Source: Mobula hypostoma (Eukaryota). From it: DNA of 64,000 bases. The DNA lies in contig NC_086100.1 of assembly GCF_963921235.1 (NCBI RefSeq), forward strand, positions 199,952,001 to 200,016,000. Reading direction: 5' to 3'. The notes under the pieces are model-generated. The model worked only from the letters and a program-made list of their open reading frames with translations. It ran no database searches and was not told the origin of the DNA. Every line of letters starts with the position of its first letter. Within the stretch, counting starts at the first letter, position 1. Positions 13,726 through 25,110 of the stretch are shown here, piece after piece. The position numbers and the translations under genes were made by a program.

Positions 13726-15036
13726 TAGGATCCCTTTATTCCCACTGTCTGTTTTCTGCTGATCAGCCAATGCTCCACCCATGCTAGTAACGTCCCTGTA
13801 ATTCCATGGGCTCTTACCTTGCTCAGCAGCCTCGTGCGGCACCTTGTCAAAGGCTCCTTTGTCTACCCTGCTTGTAATTTCCTGAAAAAATTGCAGTAGC
13901 TTTGTTAGGCAGGATTTTCCTTTCAGGAAACCATGCTGGCTTTGGCCTATCTTGTCATGTGCCTCCAAGTACTCTGTAATCTCATCCCTAACAATCGATT
14001 CCAACAACTTCCCAACCACTGATATCAGGCTAATGGGTCTATAGTTTACTTTCTGCTGCCTCCCACCCTTTTTAAATCGTGGAGTATCATTTGCAATTTT
14101 CCAGTCATCCGGTACAATGCCAGAATCTATCGATTCTTGAAAGTGCATCGTTAATGCCTCTGCAATCTCTCCAGCTACTTCCTTCAGAACCCGAGGGTGC
14201 ATTCCATCAGGTCCAGGAGATTTATCCACGCTCAGACCATTAAGTTTCCTGAGGACTTCTCAGTTGTAATTTTCACTGCACATACTTCACTTCCCTGACA
14301 CTCTTGAATGTCCAGTATACCGCAGACATCTTCAACTATGAAGTCTGATGCAAAATATACATTCAGTTCCTCTGACATCTCCACATCTCTCATTACAATA
14401 TCTCCAGTGTCATTTTCTATTGGCCCTTTATCTACCCTCAACTCTCTTTTATCCTTTATATACATAAAAAAAAGCTTTTAGTATTTTCTTTGATATTAGT
14501 CACCAGCTTTCATTCATAATTCATCTTTTCCTTCCTTATGACCATTTTTGTTTCTTTCTGCAAGTTTTTAAAAGCTTCCCAATCCTCTATATTCCCACTA
14601 GCTATGGTTTCCTTGTATGCCCTCTCTTTTGCTTTTACTTTGGCTCTGACTTCACTTGTCAGCCATGGTAGTGTCCTTCTTCCATGCAAAACTTTCTTCC
14701 TATTTGGAATATATCTGTCTTGTATTTCCCTCATTTTTCACAGAAACTTCAGCCATTGCTGCTCTGCTGTCCTTCCTGCCAGTGTCCTTCTCCAGTCAAC
14801 CTTGGCCAGTTCCCCTCTCATGCCATTGTAATTTCCTTGATTCCACTGAAATACCGACACATTGGAATTTAGTTTCTCCTCAAATTTCAAAGTGAACTCA
14901 GTCATAGTGTGATCACTGTTCCCTAAGGGTGCCTTAACCTTAAGCTCTCTTATCACCTCTGGATCATCGCACAACACCCAATCCAGCACAGCCGATCCCC
15001 TAGTGGGCTCAACAACAAGCTGTTCTAAAAAGCCAT

Positions 15037-15794
15037 AGAATGTAGAACCATAGAAACTACAGCACAGAAACAGGCCTTTTGGCCCTTCTTAGCTGTGCCG
15101 AACCATTTTTCTGCCTAGTCCCACTGACCTGCACCTGGACCATATCCCTCCATACACCTCTCATCCACGTACCTGTCCAAGCTTTTCTTAAATATTAAAT
15201 GCATTTACTTCATCTGGCAGCTCATTCCATACTCCCACCACTCTCTGTGTGAAGAACTCCCCCCTAATATTCCCTTTAAACTTTTCCCCCTTCACCCTTA
15301 ACCCATGTCCTCTGTTTTTTTTCTCCTCTTGCCTCAGTGGAAAAAGCCTGCTTGCATTCACTCTATCTATACCCATCATAATTTTATGTACCTCTATCAA
15401 ATCTCCCCTCATTGTTCTACGCTCCAGGGAATAAAGTCCTAACCTAGTCAACCTTTTTCTGTAACTCAGTTTCTCAAGTCCTGGCAACATCCTTGTAAAC
15501 CTTCTCTGCACTCTTTCAACCTTATTAATATCCTTCCTGTAATTTGGTGACCAAAACTGTACACAATACTCCAAATTCGGCCTCACTAATGCCTTATACA
15601 ACCTCACCATAACATTCCAACTATTATACTCAATACTTTGATTTATATAGGCCAATGTACCAAAAGTTCTCTTTACGACCCTATCTACCTGTGACACCAC
15701 TTTTAAGGAATTTTGTATCTGTATTCCCAGATCCCACTATTCTACTGCCCTCCTCGGTGCCCTACCATTTACCTTTTATGTTGGACCTTGGTTT
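15037..15794 (-). mobile_element. CR1 LINE 3' fragment (different subfamily) nested in the old CR1
   Basis: The tail is ...ATAGAACCATAGAAAC, and it reads LYKALVRPNLEYCVQFWSP...QRVVGVWNELP. CAT is repeated at 15034-15036 and 15795-15797. Confidence 0.85.
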
Positions 15795-16527
15795 CATCCC
15801 TTAGACATTCTACAAATTCTCTCTCTTGAGGTCCAGTACTGGTCTGGTTTTTCCAATCCAGTTTCATGTTAAAATCCCCAACGATTATCATGACATTGCC
15901 CTTCTGACATGCCTTTCCTATCTCCTGCTATAATTTGTAATCCACATCTTAGCTATTGTTTGGAGGCTTGTATACAACAGCCATTAGTGTCCTTTTACCC
16001 TTGCTATTTCTTACCTCATCCCATTGAGATTCTACACCTTCTGATCCTATGTCATCCCTTCCTAATGATTTAATATGATTTCTTATACACAGGATCACAC
16101 CACCCCCTCTGCCTCCTAACCTATCCTTGCGATACACTGTATATCCTTGGAAGTTCAGCTCCCAATGGCAGCCATCCTTCAGCCAAGTTTCAGAGATGGC
16201 CACAACGTCGTACTTGCCAATCTGTAGCTGAATTTCAAGATCGTCCATTTTATTTCTCATGCTGCATGCTTGCAAATATATACACATTCAGCCCAGTGTC
16301 ACTTTCACTTCCAGTCCATTATGATGAAAGTGTTGGTGAGGTGGTCACATCCAGAGTGCAGGTTCAGACTGTGGATGGGTGACCACCAGGAGAAATAAGG
16401 TGAGTCAGCAGCCCCTCAGTCACAACTATACCTCTTTGATACAGCTGGGCTTGGGGGCTGGGTAGGTTGATCTTAGACAGGATAAAAGGTTGGTACAACA
16501 TTGACTCACAGGCTCACCAACACGTGG

Positions 16528-16600
16528 ACCTGAAACACTGACCCTGTTTCTCTCTCCACAGATGCTGACTGACCTGCTGAGTAATTCAACGATTCTCTGA
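16528..16600 (+). mobile_element. Short Penelope-like terminal-repeat fragment
   Basis: CCTGAAAC...CACAGATGCTGACTGACCTGCTGAGT matches the arm of the 39373-39561 element and a piece at 24289-24320. Confidence 0.5.
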
Positions 16601-16975
16601 TATCAACCCAGGAAAAAAACCTGCAGAATCTTCATTACATTTCCTCGGGAGAAAGTGCAACATTAATTTACTAAGGACAACAAGTTTGTATCCAGTCCTC
16701 CTGGTGGGGTGTCACCAAGGCCAGGTATAATTCTGTGACCAATTCCAGGTTGCCATGGTGATCACCTACTGACTGTACTCAGTTACACACGGTGCCAGAA
16801 CAACGAGACCTGACAGAGGATCACCAGCCAGAGGCACGGAACCATTCAGCCCTGTGATCCTGGGACAAGAACTGTGTGTTCCAGTAGGACATCAGGTAGG
16901 GCAAAGATCCTGGACTGGGATCAAGTCAAAACAAAAAATCTTTGGAGAGAAGTTTTACCTTCTACGGAATTTCAG

Positions 16976-19900
16976 AAATTCACATGTATCTTCAAAGCAC
17001 TACCACCCCTGAGAAAGATAACACAGATTCCAGGAGAACACAGAGCATATCGGAGACGATGATGAGCATTTTACCAGCTGGAAATAATGAGTCTGAAAAT
17101 CTCAGCGTCCCACAAATTGTAAAGGATTTGGGATTACAGGATCATTATCCTCACAAACTGACCCTTCAGACTGTGCAGGAGGTGTCAAAGATTAAACTGG
17201 AGGACAGCAAACCAACTCGAGCAGAAGATCTTCCCCGGAGATTTCTCCAAAGGATCCTCGCAGCCAATTCACTGGCAAGGAATCCCGAATGGCCACCTGA
17301 TCTGTCCTCTGAAGGTGAAGGCAATAAACATGAAGACTTCAGTGATTTCTTTGAAGTTAGGGGACCAGAGGATGATGGGATGAATCCTCTGGATATCATT
17401 GCTGCCATTTTCCTCTGTGCTGACCACTTTCTCCAGCAGGAACTGATGCTGAAGATGTCTCTGTGCCAGTTTGCATTACCCTTTCTGATGCCAGACACAC
17501 ACAGTCACCCCATGGATAAGGTGAGTGGACACACAGAAGGGTCTGGTGCCACCCTTCTCCTCTGGGCCATGAGGCCCATTGTTAAATCATGGTGCCCACA
17601 TTCTCCTACAGACAGTAGCCCCATTGTGGAGGTGCCCATCGTGACAGCAGCCATGCCAATGGTGTCCTTCCTCAGACTGGGAAGGTGCACAGTGTCCAAA
17701 TCCCGAATCCTCAATCTCACCCTGAGTCAGGCACAGCTGCAGCAGAACATCTTCCTGCACTCCGAGATGAAATGTGGGAATGTGCCCCGCAGGATATCCG
17801 ATGGAATGGCTGAGATCAGCTGGTATCTCCCTTCTGGGAAGAGTAACGCGGATATTTTCCCAGAGGCTGCTGCATTCATTAACCTCCGAGGTGATGCTGA
17901 AACTTTCCAGGGAAACGCTCGGTTTCTGGCGAAAGTATCTGCTGCTCTCTTTATTTTCATTGACGTTATCGGTGAGAAGGAAAGAGAATTCCTCACCCCT
18001 CTCACACAGTCACCAGCAAAACTCTTTCTCATAGTCAACACACACATCAATCAGCAACACATAACCCCTGAGCAGGTGAAGAAACTGTTCAAAGATCTAA
18101 AGTTAGAACCTCAACAATGCCTTCTTCGGGCAAATGTAAATGAGGCTAAAATTGTGGAAAAGCTCCGTTCTCAGATCAAACAAGTAATTCTAATGAGGGA
18201 CGGGGACCAGACCTTGCTGAGCCTGGAGCAAATGGCTGACATTGCGATGGAAGGTGGGATTGACGTCGATGAACGTCAACCTGAAATACAACGAGCCAAG
18301 GAACTGACCAAAATACTGGACAGACTTGACTCAGGAGACATTACTGGGTATAAAAGGAGAGTGTTGCCCTTCCATGGAGAGCCCTGGCAAGGGTTGTCTA
18401 AAGTTGAAAAAGAGAAATCTCGGATGAAACTCCGTGGGGACAGAACCACAGAAATGTATAACCAGGAACTGGACCGGAAGAAGAACAGAATCCGGGAATC
18501 TCAGCTCAGACAGAGTCTGTCGGAAGAGATGCGGCTGTTCATTGAACACCTCACCCGTCATGGTGGGGATGACAGAGCCATTTCCCTACAGTGGCTGAAG
18601 CTGGAGCTGGACAGTAAATCACGGGAAATTATGACAGGATTGTGTAGAATTTATAAAGAACTGTGTAAAGACTCAAAGCAGAAGGTGAAGGAACTGAAGG
18701 AGATGGATCAGAAGATGTCTGATAGTTCCCTGGGACTCGAGCATTTCATGAGGGAACTTGGCCAGGTTTATGAACTTTCAGTGACAGGACACAAAGTCAC
18801 CCGAAGGACACAGATCCACCCAAAGGTGTCGCAGTTCCCGGGTGTTGCTGCTGAACTGTTGCTGGAAGGGTTCCCATTGGAACTCATCGATGGAGATGTT
18901 TCCAACGTTCCCATTCCATGGATCAGAGCCGTACTCACAGAAGTTGCTGACAAAGTGGGAAGAGCTTGCCGAGTGTTTGTGCTGACGGTGATTGGAGTTC
19001 AGAGCACGGGCAAGTCCACACTCCTCAACACAATGTTCTGTTTGCGGTTTGCTGTGAGCAGCGGCCGATGTACTCGAGGGGCCTACATGCAGTTGATCAA
19101 AGTCACAGGGAGCCTGGCCAAGGAGCTGGGCTGTGAGTTCATCCTGGTCATTGACACAGAGGGGCTGAGAGCCCCAGAACTCGCAACACTGACAGACAGC
19201 TACGAGCATGACAATGAGCTGGCAACGTTCGTGGTTGGATTAAGCAATTTAACGTTGGTAAACATCGGGATGGAAAATCTGTCAGAGATGAAGGATATTT
19301 TACAGATTGTTGTTCATTCCTTAATCCGCATGAGGGAGACAGGAAAAGGGCTAAAGTGCATATTTGTGCACCAGAACGTCGGCGATGTGAGTGCGCACAA
19401 TCAGAATCTGAGAGGCCGTCAGAAACTCCTGGAACAGCTGGATAAGATGACAGCTGCTGCAGCAAAGCTGGAGAAGGTAGACCGAGTAACGTTTCGTGAT
19501 GTGATGGACTATGATGCTGACAAGGACAACTGGTACATCCCTGGTCTGTGGCATGGTACACCCCCAATGGCTGCAGTCAACACCGGCTACAGTGAACACG
19601 TCTCCCAACTGAAGAAGAACCTAATTCAGTGTCTACTCCAACGGAGCAAAAACCAAAGAGCTTTCACTATCCCGGACTTTATCAAATGGATGGCTGGGCT
19701 TTGGGAGCAGGTGAAACATGAAAATTTCATTTTCAGCTTCCAGAACAGTCTGGTCGCAGAGGCTTACAACCACCTGTCCGTGAAGTACAAGGACTGGGAA
19801 TGGGAACTCCACAAATTCACTCACTCCTGGGGAAATGGGGCTGAAAACAGAATCAGCAATGCCAGAGGAGATCTCACCGAACTGCTCCATAATCTGGAGA

Positions 19901-21882
19901 GGGAGATCAGGACAGAGATGAACAAAAGGGAGGGTGACACTCTGGATAAACTACAAGCTCTGTATGAAAGTGGGGCTGATAACGTGCATCTGATGGAGAA
20001 ATACAGAGAGGAATTTAAGCTCAGCATCTCCAGTTTATGCAGCCGACTTCAGCACGATTCAATGCAGAGATGTAGAGATGCCGTGAATAGACGGGTGGGA
20101 CTGCAGGGAGTGGATAATATTTGGAATAACAATCACAAGAAGATTGGAGAACAGGTCAAGGAGCTTTTACAGAAGTGTAAAGCAGCAAATCGGGTGTTGG
20201 GTGAACAGGAATTGCAAACTGAATTTGAAGGGATGTGGAAAGATACACTCTCTCAGCTGGAGTATCAGCCCTGTAGAGAAAGATACATCGAACAGGAGAT
20301 GGAAAATCTTCTCAGAGAGGAAACAAAAACTCAAGGGAGAGTGATTAATGAACGACTGAAAGGTAAAAATCTCTGTAGTCTGGGAACCCAGTACTTTCAG
20401 ATTGAAGAGAAACACATCAACGTGTCATATTGGAGACAGGGTGCAGGTAAACTCATTCCATCCAGATTGAAATCAGATCTCGAACAAGCAGCAATGATTA
20501 CAAAGCCCATCGAGGATGAATGCATACATTGGATCACTGACATCACAGACCAGGATATGGATTATGACAACAAATATTGCATTGAACTTTTGAACATGAT
20601 AGAGGGAAAAGTTGACAATATCTCACATCAACACTTGTCAATGTCTGAGGTTTTCAAGGCCGAGTTTAAACTTCACCTGTGTGGTTACGCTGTACCAAGA
20701 TTCCAGCAGATGCACAGGAGGTTCATCCACAAACACGACCCACGGAGAAGACTGGAAAACATGAAGAGTAAATACTTTGATCTCTTCATGGATATTTACA
20801 CAGAGCAGGATGTGAACCAGAGACAAGCAGATCGATTTGCACAATCTTGTTTCTTGCCAGCTCTCCGAGACGCCACCCTCAAGAGTCTCAGTGTGAAAAT
20901 CATGGATGATATGAAAAAACACGACCCTGAGCGAAAGTACAGTCTCCGCAACAACTTCACTGTGGCCCTCCTGGTCCAACTGAAACAAACACATCAATTT
21001 GATAAATATCTCCAGTACATCAGACACTTTGAGAATTTCGCCAAAGACTGGCTCCATCAGCAAGTTATTAAACACTGCAAGACAGAACGTGATGGAGAGA
21101 GCACATTTACCCGTCTGGCTAAAGAAATCCTCACAGAGATCACTGAGCAAGCTAAGGACATTGTTCAGGATGCAGTGAAGCAGAACTTTGCTGGAAACGC
21201 TCAGACCTTCCTAAACACGATTATTGAAAAGTTAAACACAAGAATCTCGATGCCCAAAGATGAGATGAAACTTGTTGTGTTTCAGAGTGGCAGTGATGGC
21301 AAGAAATGTGCAGAAGCCATTCTGCCATGTATTGAAGAGGTGGAGCAGGATCTCCTCCGTGAGGTAAAAGGCTGGGATGTCAAAGCAAAGATTGAAAAAT
21401 TATCCATTAAACCCAGGAAGGAGTTGTTCGAAGGGTTATTCAATTGTACTAAGAAATGTCCTTTCTGTGGGGTTTTCTGTGACTCAGAGACCCCGGTACA
21501 CTCACAACACTCCTGTAAGCAGCACAGACCTGAAGGACTCAACAGATATCGATGGGCAGACAGTGAACGTCTTGTAACAGATATCTGCACAGCTTCAGTC
21601 ACAAGTGATGCATCATTCCAAAATAAGGACACAAATGGGAAATACCATCCCTACAAGGATTATCAAACAGTGAATGATTACTACAAATCTTGGATTATCC
21701 AACGGGAAATTTCCACACAGGCAGCATCCTATTGGAAGAAGGTTTTCTACACTTTCAATCAGCAGTTTGCTGATGCATACAAAGCAAAGCCTGCAGAGAT
21801 CGATGGAAGCTGGAACATTGACTGGGATGTGGTGAGGGAAGAAATGAACAAGACGTATAATATGACCATTCCGTCTTGGTAA
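16976..21882 (+). CDS. gvin1: Interferon-induced very large GTPase 1-like / up-regulator of cell proliferation (URGCP)-like protein, VLIG family; single giant coding exon
   Basis: The frame is uninterrupted for 1646 codons (16942-21882). It has the P-loop GVQSTGKS (18994-19017), FAVSSGRCTRG, DTEGL (19153), HDNELATFVVGL and FVHQNV, an N-terminal LGLQDHYPHKLTL and a C-terminal CPFCGVFC...H...H cluster. The start is uncertain: a splice-acceptor-like TTTCAG at 16970-16975, or an ATG at 16984 or 17059. Confidence 0.9.
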
Positions 21883-22259
21883 TGTCCGTTCAAATGACAT
21901 TACTCAGTGAGAGACAGACAAAGGAAAACTCTCTGTCTCGGAAGGACTGGGCAGAGTAAATCACAGAGCGTTCAAATCCAAATCCAATCTCAAATCATCA
22001 AAAGAATTAGCAGAGCAGAAGGAATGTTTTTGATTGATAGTTTACCAAATCAGGGAATAATTGATGAATTAGATCAGGGATCAATGAGAAGTATTACTGG
22101 AGAGAGGTAACAGGTATCCAGAGGGTAGGGACAAAATGTGAGGGTGAAGGATGGGAAATGAGGATCTAGTGTTGGAATTGAGGTACTTTGAGTGTTGGGA
22201 TCAGGGGAACTCCAAAGTGGGACTGACATACTGTATAGGTTGAAGAGGGAAAGAGAGAT

Positions 22260-22512
22260 ATTGTGAGGATGGATTGAAGGATAGGGTGGGGGAATTAAGG
22301 GAGATGGTGAGGAGAGATTGAGGAGTAGAGTGAGGAGGGAAGTGATTAGAAACCATTTCAGAAGGTAGTGGAGGATTGAGGGATAGGGTGAGGCGGGATT
22401 GAGGGGAAGGGGTGAGGAGAGACTGAGGGACGGGTGAGGCAGGATTGAGGGATAGAGTGAGGAGGGAAGTAATTAAAAACTATTTCAGAAGATAGAGGAG
22501 GATTGAGGGACA
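22260..22512 (+). repeat. Purine-rich degenerate tandem repeat (GGATTGAGGGATAGGGTGAGG-like)
   Basis: Repeated GATTGAGGG and GGTGAGG units with strong purine bias. Confidence 0.65.
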
Positions 22513-22639
22513 GGCAGAAAGTGTGATGCTCGAAGTACAATGTTCGAAGAGAATCTAAGGATATATCAGAGAGCAGCAGGCTGTTCAGCCCATCAAGTCT
22601 ATACTGTTCTTCATCAACGACATGGCTGGTCTTCTACAT

Positions 22640-23300
22640 TGAGCACAATAGCACAGAAGCAAACCCCTTGGCCCATCTAGTCCATGCTGACTCAATCTTC
22701 TCCCTGGTCTCATCTACCTGCAACTGAAATATTTCCTCCAAACCCCTCCTATTCATGTAGGTATGCAAACTACCCTGAAATTTTATAATCAAACCCACAT
22801 CTACCACTTTCACTGGCAGCTCGTTTCAAATTTGCACCACCTTCTGAGTGAAAAAGTTCTCCCTCATGTTCCCCTTAAATATTTTACGTTTCACCTAAAA
22901 CCTATGAACTAATATCACACATCCTGCGGGAGAAATCCTGCTAGCATGCACCTCAATTGTGTACAACTCTCAGTCTCCTACGTTCATGGTCAATAAAGTC
23001 CTCACCTACTCACCCTTTCCCCATAACTCAGGTCCTCAAGTCCTGGCAACATCCTTGTAAATTGTCTCTACACTCTTCTAGGGTTATTAATATCTTTCCT
23101 GTGGGGAGATGACCAGAACCGCACACAATACTCCAAATTAGCCTCTCCAAAGTGTTGTCCAGCTTCCAAATCCCAACTCCTGTACTCAGTGTCCTGGTTT
23201 ATGAAGGACAATGCACCAAACACTCTCTTTATGACCCTATCTACCTGTGAAGCCACTTTCAATGATGGCTCTCTATTTCCATGTCCCTTTGTTCTACATC
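22640..23300 (-). mobile_element. Decayed CR1 3' end
   Basis: Reads KVASQVDRVIKRVFGALSFINQ...NLEYCVRFWS. A 3' UTR similar to that at 15037-15200 follows. Confidence 0.7.
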
Positions 23301-23329
23301 AACACTATTTCCCACCCTTATCCTGATAT

Positions 23330-24690
23330 CCCTGATTCCTCTCATTCCCAGAAATCTGTTGATCTTGTGTTGCGCCCAGCCAGTCCCTGAGCCTCTCTCT
23401 ACAGCTCCAGGGTAGAGAATCCCAATGATTCATCATCCCCAGTGAAGATGTCTATCCTCACTTCAGTCCCTGATGGCCTCCCCCTTAGTCTGCCCTCTCA
23501 CTCTGGACCCCTCCGTCACAGAGACCATCCCCTGTGAAGCCCCTCGGGATTTTACGTCCCCCAGGTCCTGCCTCATTCTTCCAAACTGCCAGGAGTCAGT
23601 GGCCAGCCGACTCAGTCTCTTCTCATGTGTCAGAGCTGCCGTCCCAGGAACCGGTCAGGTGAAACTTTGATGCTCTCCCCCTGTGCCGGGTACATCTTTT
23701 ACAGACAAGGACATTAACCCTTTCCCCAGTACCCTGGGTGCAGTCACACCGAGACTCTCTATAGTCACAGTGAGTCATCATTCCTCAAATCCCCTTGCAT
23801 TAAAGGCCAACATTTCCATCTTACCTGCCTGCTGTCTGTGCATGTTGGCTGCCAGTGACCTGTGTACAAGGTCACCCAGGTCTCTGTGAACATGAACATT
23901 CCCCAGTCCCTCACCATTTAAACAATGGTCAGTGTTTCTGTTTCTCTCCCCATTTTCTACACTGGCTCCGTCTGCCCTGCTGTTGTCTTCTCACTTACTG
24001 TCTTTATCCCCTTGCAACCTCTTTGCCCCTCATCTCTACTCACTTCCCCATTTTAGCAAACTTGGAAATGTTACTTTTGGTCTGCTCAGGCAAATAACTG
24101 ACTGTGAATAACTGGGACCCAAGCACTGATCCCGGTCTGAAATACCCCACGGATCACAGACCTGTCATGTGAGAAGGACTTATTCCTTCCTACCATTTCC
24201 TTTCTCTGCATTAACCAATGTTCAGTCCATGCTGGAAATCTCTCCCAGTTCCAAGTGCTCTCGTCTTCTCTCCCCAACTCCTCCCTCAGATGCTGCCTGA
24301 CCTGCTGAGTACTTCCAGATTTCCAGCCTCACTGACTCTGTTTGACCGTGTGAGATTTTCTAAATACCTTGTCATCGTTCCTTCAGTGTGTGTTCAGCAT
24401 TTTCCCAGTGACAGACATCAAGACACCGAGTTTCCTGCTTTCTACCTTGGGAGTTAGGGAGGGAAGAAGAGAGCACTTGGAACTGGGAGAGATTTCCAGC
24501 ATGGACTGAACATTGGTTAATGTAGGGAAAGGAAATGGTAGGAAGGAACGGGTCCTTCTCATATGACAGGTCTGTGATCCATGGGGTGTTTCAGACAGGA
24601 ATGGGATCCTTACATTTGTAGTTTTCCAATCAGCTGGACCCATTCCAGAATCTGGGAAATTCTGGAACATCCCAAAAAAATGGAAGTCCA
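23330..24690 (-). mobile_element. Highly decayed CR1 RT/3' region
   Basis: Remnants on the minus strand include ISKFAK (24055-24070), FQNFPDSGMGPADWKTTNV and GISAWVP (GSVLGP-like). Confidence 0.55.
24129..24601. repeat. Inverted repeat with ~150-bp arms (24129-24281 / 24450-24601)
   Basis: CATTAACCAATGTTCAGTCCATGCTGGAAATCTCTCCCAGTTCCAAGTGCTCTC is reverse-complemented at 24469-24522, and the match extends on both sides with mismatches. Confidence 0.85.
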
Positions 24691-24694
24691 ACAT

Positions 24695-25110
24695 TGGAAC
24701 ATGGAACAGTGTGTCACAGTACAGGCCTTTTCCCCATGAGATTGTGCCAACACTTTAAACAACTCCAAGATCAATCTAACCCCTCCCTCCCACATAGCCC
24801 TCCATTGTCCTATCACCCATGTGCCTGTCTAAGAGACTATTAAATGCCCCCAATGTATCTGCCTCTACCACCACCCCAGGAGTGTGTTCCACACACCCAC
24901 CACTCTCTGTGTAAAAATAACTTACCTCTGACATCTGTCCTGTACTTTCCTCCCAACACTTTAAAGTTATGCCCCTCGTATTAGCCTTTTCCCCCCAGAA
25001 AAATATCTCTGGCTGTCCACTCGATCCATAGCAGTTATCATTCTCTACACCTCTATCAAATCACCTTTCATCCTCATTGCCTCCAAAGGGAAAATTGCTT
25101 GCTCACTCAT
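24695..25110 (-). mobile_element. CR1-type 3' end fragment
   Basis: A GGAACATGGAACA tail is followed by CACCCACCACTCTCTGTGTAAAAA (QRVVGVWN on the minus strand). Confidence 0.65.

Larger units (their letters stand above)
4434..16295 (-). mobile_element. Old CR1 LINE (ORF2 from EN start to 3' tail) split into four pieces by nested insertions: 4434-5227, 10988-11237, 13726-15036, 15795-16295
   Basis: The 3' tail (CATAAGAC)n is at 4434. The pieces join into a colinear ORF2: YDVVAISETWL (EN), LGNSDH, DKSPGPDGMHPRVLKE, SGVPQGSVL, KFANDTK, NVGKCM|MHFGG, QRVVNLWN. Confidence 0.85.

Noticed and set aside
17166..21900. Many short ORFs overlapping the GTPase exon
   Set aside because: They are alternative-frame or antisense shadows with no recognisable domains.
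22991..22997. AATAAA as the GTPase poly(A) signal
   Set aside because: It lies inside an antisense CR1 remnant, where this hexamer is part of the element. Its use cannot be supported without transcript data.
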